DNA of 64,000 nt from an uncultured Pseudomonadota bacterium (lineage in GTDB: Bacteria > Pseudomonadota > Alphaproteobacteria > Caulobacterales > Caulobacteraceae): the NCBI GenBank assembly GCA_963838235.1, contig CAWIQJ010000001.1:28686-92685 (forward strand). The letters run 5' to 3'. Made by a program: the position numbers and the translations under genes. Position 1 is the first letter of the stretch. Each line of letters begins with the position of its first letter. Shown here piece after piece: positions 1-10,589 of this stretch. The notes beneath the pieces are model-generated. The model saw only the letters and a program-made list of their open reading frames with translations, was not told the origin of the DNA and searched no databases.

Positions 1-350
1 ACGCCGCCGTGAAGGGTCCCGCCCTGATCAACGTCTTCGCCTCCTGGTGCGCGCCGTGCCGCACCGAGCAGCCGCAGCTCCTGCGCCTGAAACAACAGGG
101 CGTGCGGATCATCGGGGTGGCGTGGAAGGACGAACCGGCGAAGACCCAGACTTTGTTGGGCGAAATCGGCGACCCGTTCGCCGCGGTCTACTCCGACCGC
201 GACGGCCGCGCGGCGGTCGAGCTCGGCATCTCGGGCGCGCCCGAAACCTTCGTGGTCAACTCCAAGGGCGTCATCGTGGACAAGTGGCCCGCCCCGATGA
301 CGGACGACGACGCCGACCGGTTGGTCCGGGAGCTGAACAAGGCAGGGTAG
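1..350 (+). CDS. ccmG: thiol:disulfide oxidoreductase DsbE/CcmG, C-terminal part (5' end outside the window)
   Basis: ORF is open to the window edge. It has the WCAPC thioredoxin-fold motif and a CcmG-like C-terminus (ISGAPETFVV...). Confidence 0.8.
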   Translation, partial: AAVKGPALINVFASWCAPCRTEQPQLLRLKQQGVRIIGVAWKDEPAKTQTLLGEIGDPFAAVYSDRDGRAAVELGISGAPETFVVNSKGVIVDKWPAPMTDDDADRLVRELNKAG

Positions 351-423
351 GATCTAAGGGGGTCCACGCAGGCGGCAACACCTCGTTAACCCTTTTTCTA
401 CACCTCTCGTTAAGCCTGTCGGC

Positions 424-669
424 GTGGCCCAGCCGATCCGTCCGACCCCGCCGACCTTCACCCCGTCCGTTCGTCCGAGCGACACGGCGCAGGCGGCGCA
501 GCGCGCGTTTTTCGATGCCGCCCTGGGCCGAGCGACCGCGACCCCGGTTGCTGCCCCGACGATGGCCGCAAAGGCCGTCCAGGCTGCGCCGCATGTGGTT
601 CAGGCGGATACGGACGAACCCGCCGACCGCTGGGCGCGGCCCGGGTTGCGGGTCGATATAAAGGTCTGA
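424..669 (+). CDS. hypothetical small Ala/Pro-rich protein
   Basis: 81-aa ORF with a GTG start and strong GC3 bias. I recognise no family. Confidence 0.4.
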   Translation: MAQPIRPTPPTFTPSVRPSDTAQAAQRAFFDAALGRATATPVAAPTMAAKAVQAAPHVVQADTDEPADRWARPGLRVDIKV

Positions 670-692
670 GAGCGGAGGATCGCAGACGCGGT

Positions 693-1289
693 TCAGGCGG
701 CCTTCTTGATCTTCTTTTTCTTCTTGTCGACCTTCTCGGCCTTGGGCGCCTTGTCGCGCTTGGCGTCCTTCTTGTTTTTCTTCTTCTTGCGGCCGTCCAT
801 GGCCTCGCCGACGGCGGCCGCCGCGGCTTCCTCGCCGGCGCGGGCGAAGGCTCTGAGGCCCGCGATAAAGCTGTTGCGCTTGCCGCGCGGCAAGAGCGTC
901 AGGATCTTCTTGTCGGCAGCGTCGACCTTGGGCTTGGCGTCGCCCAGCTCGGCGCGACCGGCGTCGGTCAGGCTCACCGTGTTGGCGCGCGCGTCGAGGC
1001 TGGAGCGCTCACGCTCGAGCAGGCCCTTGGAGATCATCCGCGCCACCATGTCCGCCAGGGTCGAACGGTCGATGCCGGTGGAGCGGACCAGGTCGGTCTG
1101 GGTCAGGCCCGGATTGTGCGCCACCGCGGTCAGCACCGCATACTGACGTTGGGTCAGGCCGTCGGGCCCGGTTTCGGTGGAATAGAGGTCCAGCGCGAGC
1201 TGCAGCACCCGGTGCAGCAGATGGCTCGGCGACTGGTCCAGCGGGCTGTCCTCGCCCGCGCGGCCCGACTTTCCCTTGGTCTTCGCCAT
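693..1289 (-). CDS. MarR-family transcriptional regulator with a poly-lysine C-terminal tail
   Basis: Winged-helix MarR core (LTQRQYAVLTAV...GLTQTDLVRSTGIDRSTLADMVARM). The last ~45 aa are K-rich (KKKKNKKDAKRDKAPKAEKVDKKKKKIKK). Confidence 0.85.
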   Translation of the reverse strand: MAKTKGKSGRAGEDSPLDQSPSHLLHRVLQLALDLYSTETGPDGLTQRQYAVLTAVAHNPGLTQTDLVRSTGIDRSTLADMVARMISKGLLERERSSLDARANTVSLTDAGRAELGDAKPKVDAADKKILTLLPRGKRNSFIAGLRAFARAGEEAAAAAVGEAMDGRKKKKNKKDAKRDKAPKAEKVDKKKKKIKKAA

Positions 1290-1407
1290 GGTCCGATCCT
1301 CGGCTGACTGCCCCTGGCCTATAGCACGGTTGCGCGACGGTTCGACGACATAAGCTCCGTGGACGGAAACGCTCGCACGGTCAGGCTGGACCGCCTAGAG
1401 TCCTTGT

Positions 1408-2001
1408 GTGGCAAAGCCGAACGCGCCGTCGTTCTCCCTGAAGGTCCCGCCCGGCGACAACCGCCCGCGCCGGGTCTGCGACCGCTGCGGCTTCGTCGAC
1501 TACGTCAATCCGCGGATCGTGGTGGGGGCGGTGGCAGCCATAAGCGACCGGGGTCCGGCCTTCGGCGAGGGCGCTGTTCCGCTGGCGGACGTTGGCTTCT
1601 TGCTCTGCCGCCGCGCCATCATGCCGAGGCGCGGCTATTGGACCCTGCCCGCCGGTTACATGGAGGAGGGCGAGACCGTCGCCGAGGGGACCCTGCGCGA
1701 GGCGCGCGAGGAGGCCCTGGTGGCGCTGGAGCTCGACGGCCTGCTCGCAATCTACGATGTGGCGCACCTCAGCCAGGTGCAGATCTTCCACCGCGCGCGG
1801 ATGAAGACGCCGGACTTCGGCGCCGGCGAGGAAACGCTTGAGGCCCGCGTCTTCGCCTGGGGTGAAATCCCCTGGCGCGACCTCGCCTTCTATTCGGTGT
1901 CCTGGGCGCTCGACGCCTTCGAGCGCAGCCGGCTGGAGACGCGGTTCGCGCCGTTCGGCAATCCGTCCGAACCCGACTGGTTCATCCCCGCCGGGGCCTA
2001 G
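1408..2001 (+). CDS. NUDIX hydrolase with an N-terminal CxxC zinc ribbon
   Basis: Nudix box GYMEEGETVAEGTLREAREEA, plus CDRCGF upstream. Confidence 0.8.
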   Translation: MAKPNAPSFSLKVPPGDNRPRRVCDRCGFVDYVNPRIVVGAVAAISDRGPAFGEGAVPLADVGFLLCRRAIMPRRGYWTLPAGYMEEGETVAEGTLREAREEALVALELDGLLAIYDVAHLSQVQIFHRARMKTPDFGAGEETLEARVFAWGEIPWRDLAFYSVSWALDAFERSRLETRFAPFGNPSEPDWFIPAGA

Positions 2002-2004
2002 GGC

Positions 2005-2397
2005 CTAGTCCTCAAACCGGCTGGTGGCGTCGCGATCGTGATCGTAGCGGCGGGCGAGCGGAAACGGCGGCAACCACGCCTCGCGCCGCGTGATCCAGGA
2101 TTCGTAGGTCGGCGCCAGTTGGTCCGGCGCGTCCAGGGATCCCAGGTTCACTTCGATTTCGTCCGCGGTGCGCGCGAAAACGGTCGAGCCGCAGCGTGGA
2201 CAGAAGGACCGCCCGGCGTAATCGCGCGTTTCGCCCTCAATTGTCACCGCCTCCTGCGGGAAGACCGCGAAAGCCTGAAACAACGCGCCATGGTGCTTGC
2301 GACAGTCCAGACAATGGCAGACGCCGACCCGATAAGGCTGTCCCGACGCCGCAAATCGAACGCCCCCGCACAGGCAACCGCCGGTGAACCGATCCAT
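2005..2397 (-). CDS. GFA (glutathione-dependent formaldehyde-activating / CENP-V) family protein
   Basis: Start taken at MDRFTGGCLCGGVRF. Cys-rich GFA motifs present (CHCLDCRKHHG, CPRCGS). The longer ORF upstream of this Met looks like non-coding extension. Confidence 0.8.
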   Translation of the reverse strand: MDRFTGGCLCGGVRFAASGQPYRVGVCHCLDCRKHHGALFQAFAVFPQEAVTIEGETRDYAGRSFCPRCGSTVFARTADEIEVNLGSLDAPDQLAPTYESWITRREAWLPPFPLARRYDHDRDATSRFED

Positions 2398-2408
2398 TTC
2401 GGCGCCCC

Positions 2409-3020
2409 TTAAAAACCGGGATCCGGCGGCTCGGCCACCGGCGGCGTCTCGCCGTCCTGCTGCATGTGCTTCATCAGGAACGGCGCCTGGGCGAAGGAGA
2501 AGATCAGCACCACGACGAAATAGGCCAGCTTGTATTTCACCCACATGCCGTCGCTCTGGGTGCGCCAGACGATCTCGTTCAGGATCGCGCTGGCGACGAA
2601 GAACAGGGCGTAGCGGATGGTGAGCGTCTTCCACGCCGCATCGGGCATCACGATGCTCGACCCCAGGAGCGCGCGCAGAGGATTGCGCTTGAGCAACAGC
2701 CCCGCGCCGAGCGCGATGGCGAACGCCGCATAGGCGAACGTCGGCTTCATCTTCAGGAAGCTCTTGTCGTGGAAGATCAGCGTCAGCCCGCCGAACACCA
2801 GGGCGAAGGCGCCGTAGGTGAGCGGCATGGGCGCGACGCGCTTCTCGATCAGATAGCCCGCGGCGATCGCGATCACCGAGCCGATCATCAGGATCGGCGT
2901 CGCCGTGATCAGCGCCTCCTTATCGCCGTGCCGGGCAGCGATGAAATAGGCGACCGCGAAGGCGATCAGCGCGCCGTAGTCGACGATCACGCGCAGCCAG
3001 GTCTTCAGTTGTGGGCTCAC
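2409..3020 (-). CDS. yciB: intracellular septation protein A (YciB/IspZ)
   Basis: 203-aa polytopic membrane protein with a typical YciB profile (MKPTFAYAAF...ILNEIVWR). Confidence 0.85.
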   Translation of the reverse strand: MSPQLKTWLRVIVDYGALIAFAVAYFIAARHGDKEALITATPILMIGSVIAIAAGYLIEKRVAPMPLTYGAFALVFGGLTLIFHDKSFLKMKPTFAYAAFAIALGAGLLLKRNPLRALLGSSIVMPDAAWKTLTIRYALFFVASAILNEIVWRTQSDGMWVKYKLAYFVVVLIFSFAQAPFLMKHMQQDGETPPVAEPPDPGF

Positions 3021-3031
3021 CCGCGTCTTCC

Positions 3032-3976
3032 CTATGCCTGGTTCAGGCCCACCAGCGAGCGCGAAAAGGCGCGCGCGTCGAAGGGCTGGAGATCGTCTAT
3101 GCCTTCGCCCACGCCGATCAGCTTGATCGGGGCGTCCGACGCCTGGGCCACCGGCACCAGCACCCCGCCGCGGGCGGTGCCGTCGAGTTTGGTCATCACG
3201 ATGCCGGACACGAGGCGGTCCGGCCGAAGATCTGTTCCTGCGCCAGCGGCGTTGCGCCCCACCGTGGCGTCGAGCACCAGCAGGGTCTCATGCGGCGCGT
3301 CCGGATCGATCTTCTTGAGCACACGGACGATCTTCAAAAGCTCGTCCATCAGGTCCTGCTTGTTCTGCAGCCGCCCGGCGGTGTCGATCAGCACCACGTC
3401 GAAGTCTTCCGCCTTGCGCCTTGCTCATAGGCGTCGTAGGCCAGGCCCGCGGCGTCGGCGCCCGTGCGGGCGCGACATGAACGCTGCGCCGGCGCGTTCG
3501 GCCCAGACCTGCAGCTGCTCCACCGCCGCCGCGCGGAAGGTGTCGCCGGCGACGATCAGCACCTTGGCGCCCTGGCGCGGTGAGGTCGGAGGCGATCTTG
3601 CCCAGCGTGGTGGTCTTGCCCGAGCCGTTCACGCCCACGAACAGCACCACGAAGGGCCGGGGCCCCGACAGCGGATCGAAACTCGCCTGGCGCGGTTCGA
3701 GTTCGGCGGCGACCGCCTCGGCCAGGGCTTCCTTGATCTCGTTCTCGTCGAGGTGCTTGCCGAACCGCAGCTCGCCGAAGCGCTGGGCGATGCGGGCCGC
3801 AGCGGCCGGGCCGAGGTCGGCCTCGATCAGCTGTTCCTCCAGCGCGTCGAGCGCGGCGTCGAGGGGCTCTTCACGAAGCTCGCCACCACCTGTTCGCTCA
3901 TCTGCCGCGAGGACCGCGACAGGCCGTCGGTGAGGCGCTGGAACCAGCCCTTCTTGGCCGTGGAGGTTTCGATCAT
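3032..3976 (-). pseudogene. ftsY: signal recognition particle receptor FtsY, reading frame broken at least five times (probably assembly indels)
   Basis: FtsY segments lie in different frames: MIETSTAKKGWFQRL..., [81 protein letters not shown]...IKLIGVGEGIDDLQPF. Confidence 0.85.
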
Positions 3977-4089
3977 CGCGCCCCTTTAGCGGGTGCGGCC
4001 CGCAGGCGACAGTGCAAAGGCCGGAAAGGCTTTGAGAACCCGCCGCGATTGCCCGGCCCGGTCGGGCGTGGTGAAATCGGGGTCTGGGG

Positions 4090-5730
4090 GTGGGGCTCAT
4101 GCTGCGCGGATTGAGAACGGCGCTGATCGTCCTGATGCTCGCCTGCCTGGGTGCGGCCCCGGCGGCGGTGCGTCCGGCGTTCGGCCAGGAACAGGACCAG
4201 GGCCTCGGCCTGCGCGAGGCCGAGCGCTCGGTGGTGCGGATTATGGTCCTGCACCTCGACGCCAACGACCAGCCGATTGCGGTGGTGGGCGGCTCGGGCT
4301 TCGTCGTGGCGCCCGGCAAGATCGTCACCAACAACCACGTGGTCACCCCAGTCGATGGCTCGGTCAAGCAGCTCTACTACGTCGTGCCCGACCGCTTTTC
4401 CGGGCCCGAGGGCAAGGACGCGCAGCTGTTGCAGACCTGGCCCCAGGCGGACCTCGCCCTGCTCAGCGCGCCGGAGATCGCCGCGCCGTCGCTGAAGATC
4501 GCGGCCACGCCGCCGGGCAAGGAAGCCACCGTGCGCGCGCTCGGCTATCCGGGCGTCACCGACAGCATGCGCAATTTGACCCTGGCCAAGCGGCTCGAAC
4601 CGTCGGAGCCCTACGTCACCTCGGGATCGATCGCGCTGTTCTCCGACACGGCGCCGGGCGGCGAGCCGATCGAGACCATCTTCCACACCGCGGCCATCGA
4701 TCACGGCAACAGCGGCGGCCCACTGCTCGATGAGTGTGACCGCGTCATCGCGGTGAACACCTGGGGCGCCGCCGACACTCTCGCCGACGACGGCCAGGTG
4801 GAAAGCCACCAGGGCCAGTTCGCGGCGATCCGCTCGACCGTGTTGGCCAAGTTCCTCGACAACGCCGGCGTCAAGGGCGACATCGACTACGGCCCGTGCG
4901 TGAAGGCGCCCACGGTCGATCCCAGCCTGGCCGCCGAGGTCGACAAGGCCAATGCAGCGGCGACCCAGGCGCTCGCGGCCGCGCAGAAAGCCGAGGACGA
5001 ACGCGACCAGATCCTGCGCTGGGGCGTGGTGCTGATCGCGCTGGCCGCCGCGGTCGGCGCGCTGGTGATGTTCCTGCGCTGGCGCCAGGCGTCGGCGCCG
5101 GCGCCCGCAGTCTCAGTCGAGGCGCATAGCGAAGCCGCCGCCGCTGCGCCGGTTGTGAAGACGCCGCTGCCGATCGCGGTCTGGGCCTTGCTGGCGGTGT
5201 TCGTGGTCGCCCTGGTCGGTCTGTGGCTGATGACCCATCCCAAGCCGGCCGCGCCGCCTCAGCCGGCGCCGAGCACGGCGGTGACGCTCGCCTGCACGCT
5301 CAATTCGAAACAGAGTTTCAACCCGGTCGCCGGCGCCGGTTCGCTCAGCATCGGCTTTGATCGGCCGATCGCCTGCGTGAACGGCCGCACGCCCTATGAA
5401 AAGAACGCGAGCGGCGGCTACAGCCACATCACCGTGTCCGACAAGGCGCACAGCGTGTCGAAGCTGGAGCTGTCGGGCGACCTTACGACCTTCGTCCGTC
5501 GCGACTTCGTGCTCGGCGACGCCGACTACGCAGCCTATTCCGCGGGCCGCAAGTCGCTCGGCCAGCTTACCTGTCCCATCCCCGGCGATGCGACCTCGGC
5601 CAAGGCGACCAACGACACGCTCGAAAAGATCCGCACCCTGTCGGCGTCGTACCTGGAGGTGGAGTCGTCCCGCGTGATGACCTGGCATTGCGCGCCGCAG
5701 GCGCAGTCCGCGCCGGGGCCAGCCTCCTAA
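4090..5730 (+). CDS. trypsin-like (S1) serine peptidase with signal peptide, central TM helices and a C-terminal domain of unknown function
   Basis: GSGFVVAPGKIVTNNHV and DHGNSGGPL catalytic-type motifs. Hydrophobic N-terminus. TM stretches at about aa 310-380. Confidence 0.75.
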   Translation: MGLMLRGLRTALIVLMLACLGAAPAAVRPAFGQEQDQGLGLREAERSVVRIMVLHLDANDQPIAVVGGSGFVVAPGKIVTNNHVVTPVDGSVKQLYYVVPDRFSGPEGKDAQLLQTWPQADLALLSAPEIAAPSLKIAATPPGKEATVRALGYPGVTDSMRNLTLAKRLEPSEPYVTSGSIALFSDTAPGGEPIETIFHTAAIDHGNSGGPLLDECDRVIAVNTWGAADTLADDGQVESHQGQFAAIRSTVLAKFLDNAGVKGDIDYGPCVKAPTVDPSLAAEVDKANAAATQALAAAQKAEDERDQILRWGVVLIALAAAVGALVMFLRWRQASAPAPAVSVEAHSEAAAAAPVVKTPLPIAVWALLAVFVVALVGLWLMTHPKPAAPPQPAPSTAVTLACTLNSKQSFNPVAGAGSLSIGFDRPIACVNGRTPYEKNASGGYSHITVSDKAHSVSKLELSGDLTTFVRRDFVLGDADYAAYSAGRKSLGQLTCPIPGDATSAKATNDTLEKIRTLSASYLEVESSRVMTWHCAPQAQSAPGPAS

Positions 5731-5734
5731 ATCT

Positions 5735-5982
5735 CCGCTCATCCCGGCGAATGCCGGGACCCAGATCGTAGAACTCCGCACTATAAAAATTATCCGTCAC
5801 CCCGGCCTTGTGCCGGGGTCTGCGCGTCAGAGTGCTGTAAGGCCTGTGTGAGCGCTTGCGCGAACCGTCCGCCAGAAGAGCCTGAACACTCGCCCCGGGT
5901 CCCGGGACAAGCCCGGGATGACGGACAATTGGAAAGGGCCGCGTCATACGATCTGGGTCCCGGCATTCGCCGGGATGAGCGG
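5735..5982. repeat. MITE-like element, family 1: perfect 36-bp terminal inverted repeats with nested hairpins
   Basis: 5735-5770 (ccgctcatcccggcgaatgccgggacccagatcgta) is the exact reverse complement of 5947-5982. Inner hairpins lie at ~5796-5820 and ~5899-5924. The core (gtgagcgcttgcgcgaacc) recurs at 33724. Confidence 0.75.
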
Positions 5983-5994
5983 GTAGGAGGGGAG

Positions 5995-7300
5995 TTACGC
6001 TCGTCCGATCGACACGTATGAGAACCCCAACTCCCGCATCGCGTCGGGGCGGTAGACGTTGCGCAGGTCCACCACCAAGGGCGCCTTCAGCAGGGACTTG
6101 ATGCGGTCGAGTTCCAGCGCGCGGAACTGGTCCCATTCGGTCAGGATGACCAGACAGTCGGCGCCGTCGGCCGCCTCGTAGGGGCCGCTCTTGAATTCGA
6201 CCCCCTGCAGCAGCTTCTGCGCCTCGCCCATGCCTTCCGGATCGAACGCCTGCACCACGGCGCCGCCTGCCTGCAGTGCGGGGATCACGTCGAGGCTCGG
6301 CGCGTCGCGCATGTCGTCGGTATTGGGCTTGAAGGTGAGGCCGAGCACGCCGATGCGCTTGCCCGCGACACTGCCGCCCATAGCCGCGATGACCTTGGCC
6401 GCCATCGCCTTCTTGCGCGCGTCGTTCACCCGCACCGTGGTCTCGACCAGCGACAGGGGCGCGGCGTAGTCCGTGGCCGTGCGCACCAACGCCAAGGTGT
6501 CCTTCGGGAAACACGAACCGCCGTAGCCCGGACCAACGTTTAGGAACTTCGGCCCGATGCGCTTGTCGAGGCCGATGCCGCGCGCCACCGCCTGCACGTC
6601 GCCGCCGACCTTCTCGCACAGATCCGCGATCTCGTTGATGAAGGTGATCTTCATCGCCAGGAAGGCGTTGGCTGCGTATTTGATCAGCTCCGAGGTGCGC
6701 CGGCTGGTGAAGACGATCGGCGTCTCGTTCAGCGACAGCGGGCGATAGAATCTCGCGCATGACGGCCTGGGCGCGCGGCTCTTCCGTGCCCACGACCACG
6801 CGGTCGGGGTGCTTGAAGTCGTTGATCGCGGCGCCTTCGCGCAGGAATTCCGGGTTGGACACCACGGCGAAGTCCGCATCGGGGCGGCGCTCGCGGATGA
6901 TGCGCTCGATCTCGTCGCCGGTGCCGACCGGCACGGTGGATTTGGTCACCACGACGGTGAAGCCCTCGAGCAGGGTCGCGATTTCCTCCGCCGCCGCATA
7001 GACGTAGGACAGGTCCGCGTGGCCGTCGCCGCGGCGCGAAGGTGTGCCGACTCCGATGAACACCGCGTCCGCCTCGCGGATCGCCTGGGCGCCGTCGGTG
7101 GTGAAATTGAGCCGCCCCGCCCGCGCGTTCGACGTCACCAGCTCGTCGAGGCCGGGCTCGAAGATCGGAATCTCACCGCGCGTGAGCCGCTCGATCTTGC
7201 CCGCGTCGGTATCGACGCAGGTCACCACATGGCCGAAGTCGGCAAAACAGGCGCCGGACACCAAGCCGACGTAGCCCGTCCCAATCATGGCGACACGCAT
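5995..7300 (-). pseudogene. ugd: UDP-glucose 6-dehydrogenase with one frameshift near 6750
   Basis: N-terminal MRVAMIGTGYVGLVSGACFA...NPEFLREGAAINDF is in one frame. YRPLSLNETPIVFTSRRTSELIKYAANAFLA...GGSCFPKD continues in another. Confidence 0.85.
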
Positions 7301-7455
7301 TCAAAGCCCTTTGGATATGGCGGCCGCCATTGGGAGGGCGCGACCGGGTTTGCGGCGGGAATAGACGGTTCGCCGGTTCAAGGCCAGAGGCGCGCAAGGC
7401 CCGTTAACCGCGTTTCGCAAAGCCTCCTAAACACCGCCGGGGTACGCTCCCCGTC

Positions 7456-8241
7456 ATGGTTTCCAGGCCGCGCCTTCGCCTTCTCGGCGCCGAGGTGGAT
7501 GTCGTCACACCCGTTGAGGTGCTGGCGTTCACGGCCCAGTGCGCGGGCGTGCGCCGCAAGGCGGTGGTGGCCAACCACAACGCCCACAGCCTCTATCTGG
7601 TCGGGCGCGACTCGGGGATGCGGGCGCTCTATCGCCGCGCCGACCTGATCGAGATCGATTCCGCCCCCTTGATCGCCTGGGGCCGCTTGCTGGGGGCTAA
7701 GGTGTCGCGCCGGCACCGCTCGACCTACCTCGACTGGCGCGAGGCCTTCTGGGCCCGGGCGGCGGCCGAGGGCTGGCGGGTCTTCCACCTGGGCTGCACG
7801 CCGGGCGTGGGCGAGGCGGCCCGGACCGCGATCCGAGAGCGTCATCCCAATGTCGAGATCGGCGTCCGCCACGGCTTCTTCGCCCTGGAGGGGCCCGAGA
7901 ACGACCGGGTGGTCGAGGAAATCCGCGCCTTCGACCCCCACGTGCTGCTGGTCGGCATGGGAATGCCCCGCCAGGAGGCCTGGATCGAGGCCAACTTCGA
8001 CCGCCTGCCGCCTTCGGTGATCTTTCCGATCGGAGCGGCCTTCGATTTCGAGGCGGGACGGTCCAAGACGCCCCCGCGCTGGACCGGGCGGGTCGGCCTG
8101 GAGTGGCTGCACCGCTTCGCCCACGAGCCTAAGCGCCTGTTTTCGCGGTACTTCGTCGAGCCCTGGAGCCTGTTGGGCCACGCGGCCTCCGACCTGAAGC
8201 GGGCGGCGGCGGGGCGCCGGGACCTTGAGGCCGTTCCTTAA
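7456..8241 (+). CDS. WecB/TagA/CpsF-family glycosyltransferase
   Basis: Family-typical LLVGMGMPRQEAWI and PIGAAFDF...P.W....GLEWL.R motifs. Confidence 0.8.
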   Translation: MVSRPRLRLLGAEVDVVTPVEVLAFTAQCAGVRRKAVVANHNAHSLYLVGRDSGMRALYRRADLIEIDSAPLIAWGRLLGAKVSRRHRSTYLDWREAFWARAAAEGWRVFHLGCTPGVGEAARTAIRERHPNVEIGVRHGFFALEGPENDRVVEEIRAFDPHVLLVGMGMPRQEAWIEANFDRLPPSVIFPIGAAFDFEAGRSKTPPRWTGRVGLEWLHRFAHEPKRLFSRYFVEPWSLLGHAASDLKRAAAGRRDLEAVP

Positions 8242-9368
<1,127 letters not shown>

Positions 9369-9393
9369 CGATGGGCGTGTGGGCGCCACTGCC

Positions 9394-10589
9394 ATGACCG
9401 ACAGCTTCCTGCCCTACGGCCGCCAGACCGTCGAGGACGACGACATCTTAGCCGTCGCCGCGGCGCTGCAGGCCGACCTGCTGACCACCGGCCCGCTGGT
9501 CGAGACAATTCGAGCGCGCCTTCGCCGAGGCGGTGGGCGCGCCGCACGCGGTGGTCTGCACCAGCGGCACCGCCGCCCTGCACATGGCGATGCAGGCGCT
9601 GGACCTGCAGCCCGGCGAAGTCTGCGTCGTGCCCACGATCACCTTCCTCGCGACCGCCAACGCGCGCGCGCTACGAGGGCGCCGAGGTGGTGTTCTGCGA
9701 CGTCGATCCTGAAACCGGCCTGATGACCGCAGAGCACCTGAGGCAGGCCCTGCCGCGCGCGCACGGCCGCCGCATCCGCGCCATCCTGCCGGTGCACCTG
9801 CGCGGCGACTCGGTGGCTCCGGACTGAGATCAAAGCCATCGCCGACAAGCTCGACGCGGCAGTGGTCGAGGACGCCTGCCACGCGCTGGGCTCGATGGCC
9901 GCGAAACGACCCGGTCGGCGCCGGCAGCCGAAAGCGCCATGGCCTGTTTCTCGTTCCATCCGGTGAAGACCATCTGCACCGGCGAGGGCGGGGCGGTGAC
10001 CACCCGCGACGAAGGCTTCGCGGCGCGGCTGCGGCTGGCGCGCAACCACGGCATGACGCGCGATCCGGCGGCCTTCCTGCTGGAGGACGAGGCGTTCAGC
10101 GACGGCGTCGCCAATCCCTGGTGGTACGAACAGGTCGAGCTGGGTTGGAACTATCGCCTGCCGGACGTGAACTGCGCGCTGGGTCTCTCGCAGCTGAAGA
10201 AGCTCGACCGCTTTGCCGCGCGTCGTCGCGAACTGGCGGCGCGTTATCGCGAGGTGTTGGCGCCGCTCGCCCCGCTGGTGCGCACGATCGACACGCCGCC
10301 CGGCGCCGATCCGGTGCTGCACCTGATGCAGGTGCGTGTCGACTTCGAAGCCGCCGGTCGTTCGCGGCGCGAGGTGATGGCGCGCTTGAAGTCCAAGGGC
10401 GTCGGAACCCAGGTGCATTACATCCCGGTGCACCGCCAGCCCTACTGGCGTGCGCGCTACAGCGCCCTGAACCTGCCCGGCGCCGACGCCTTCTACGCCC
10501 GGATCCTCAGCCTGCCCCTGTTCCCCGCCATGCACGACGACGATCCTGCGCGCGTGGCGCAAGCCCTTGCCGAAGCGCTCACTCCATGA
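9394..10589 (+). pseudogene. pseC: UDP-4-amino-4,6-dideoxy-N-acetyl-beta-L-altrosamine transaminase PseC/FlmB, frameshifted
   Basis: DegT/DnrJ/EryC1-type N-terminus MTDSFLPYGRQTVEDDDILAV...TSGTAALHMAM. C-terminal part FSFHPVKTICTGEGGAVTT is in another frame. ATGA stop/start overlap with pseI. Confidence 0.85.

Noticed and set aside
2466-3989. 507-aa plus-strand ORF
   Set aside because: It is antisense to yciB and ftsY. The Arg/Asp/Gly/His-rich low-complexity translation is typical of shadow ORFs in GC-rich DNA, and the opposite strand carries clear family motifs.
5567-5994. C-terminal ~140-aa extension of the ugd-frame ORF 5567..7300
   Set aside because: A second frame terminates properly at 5995 with the conserved UDP-glucose dehydrogenase C-terminus. 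The extension runs through the family-1 repeat and into the 3' end of the protease gene.
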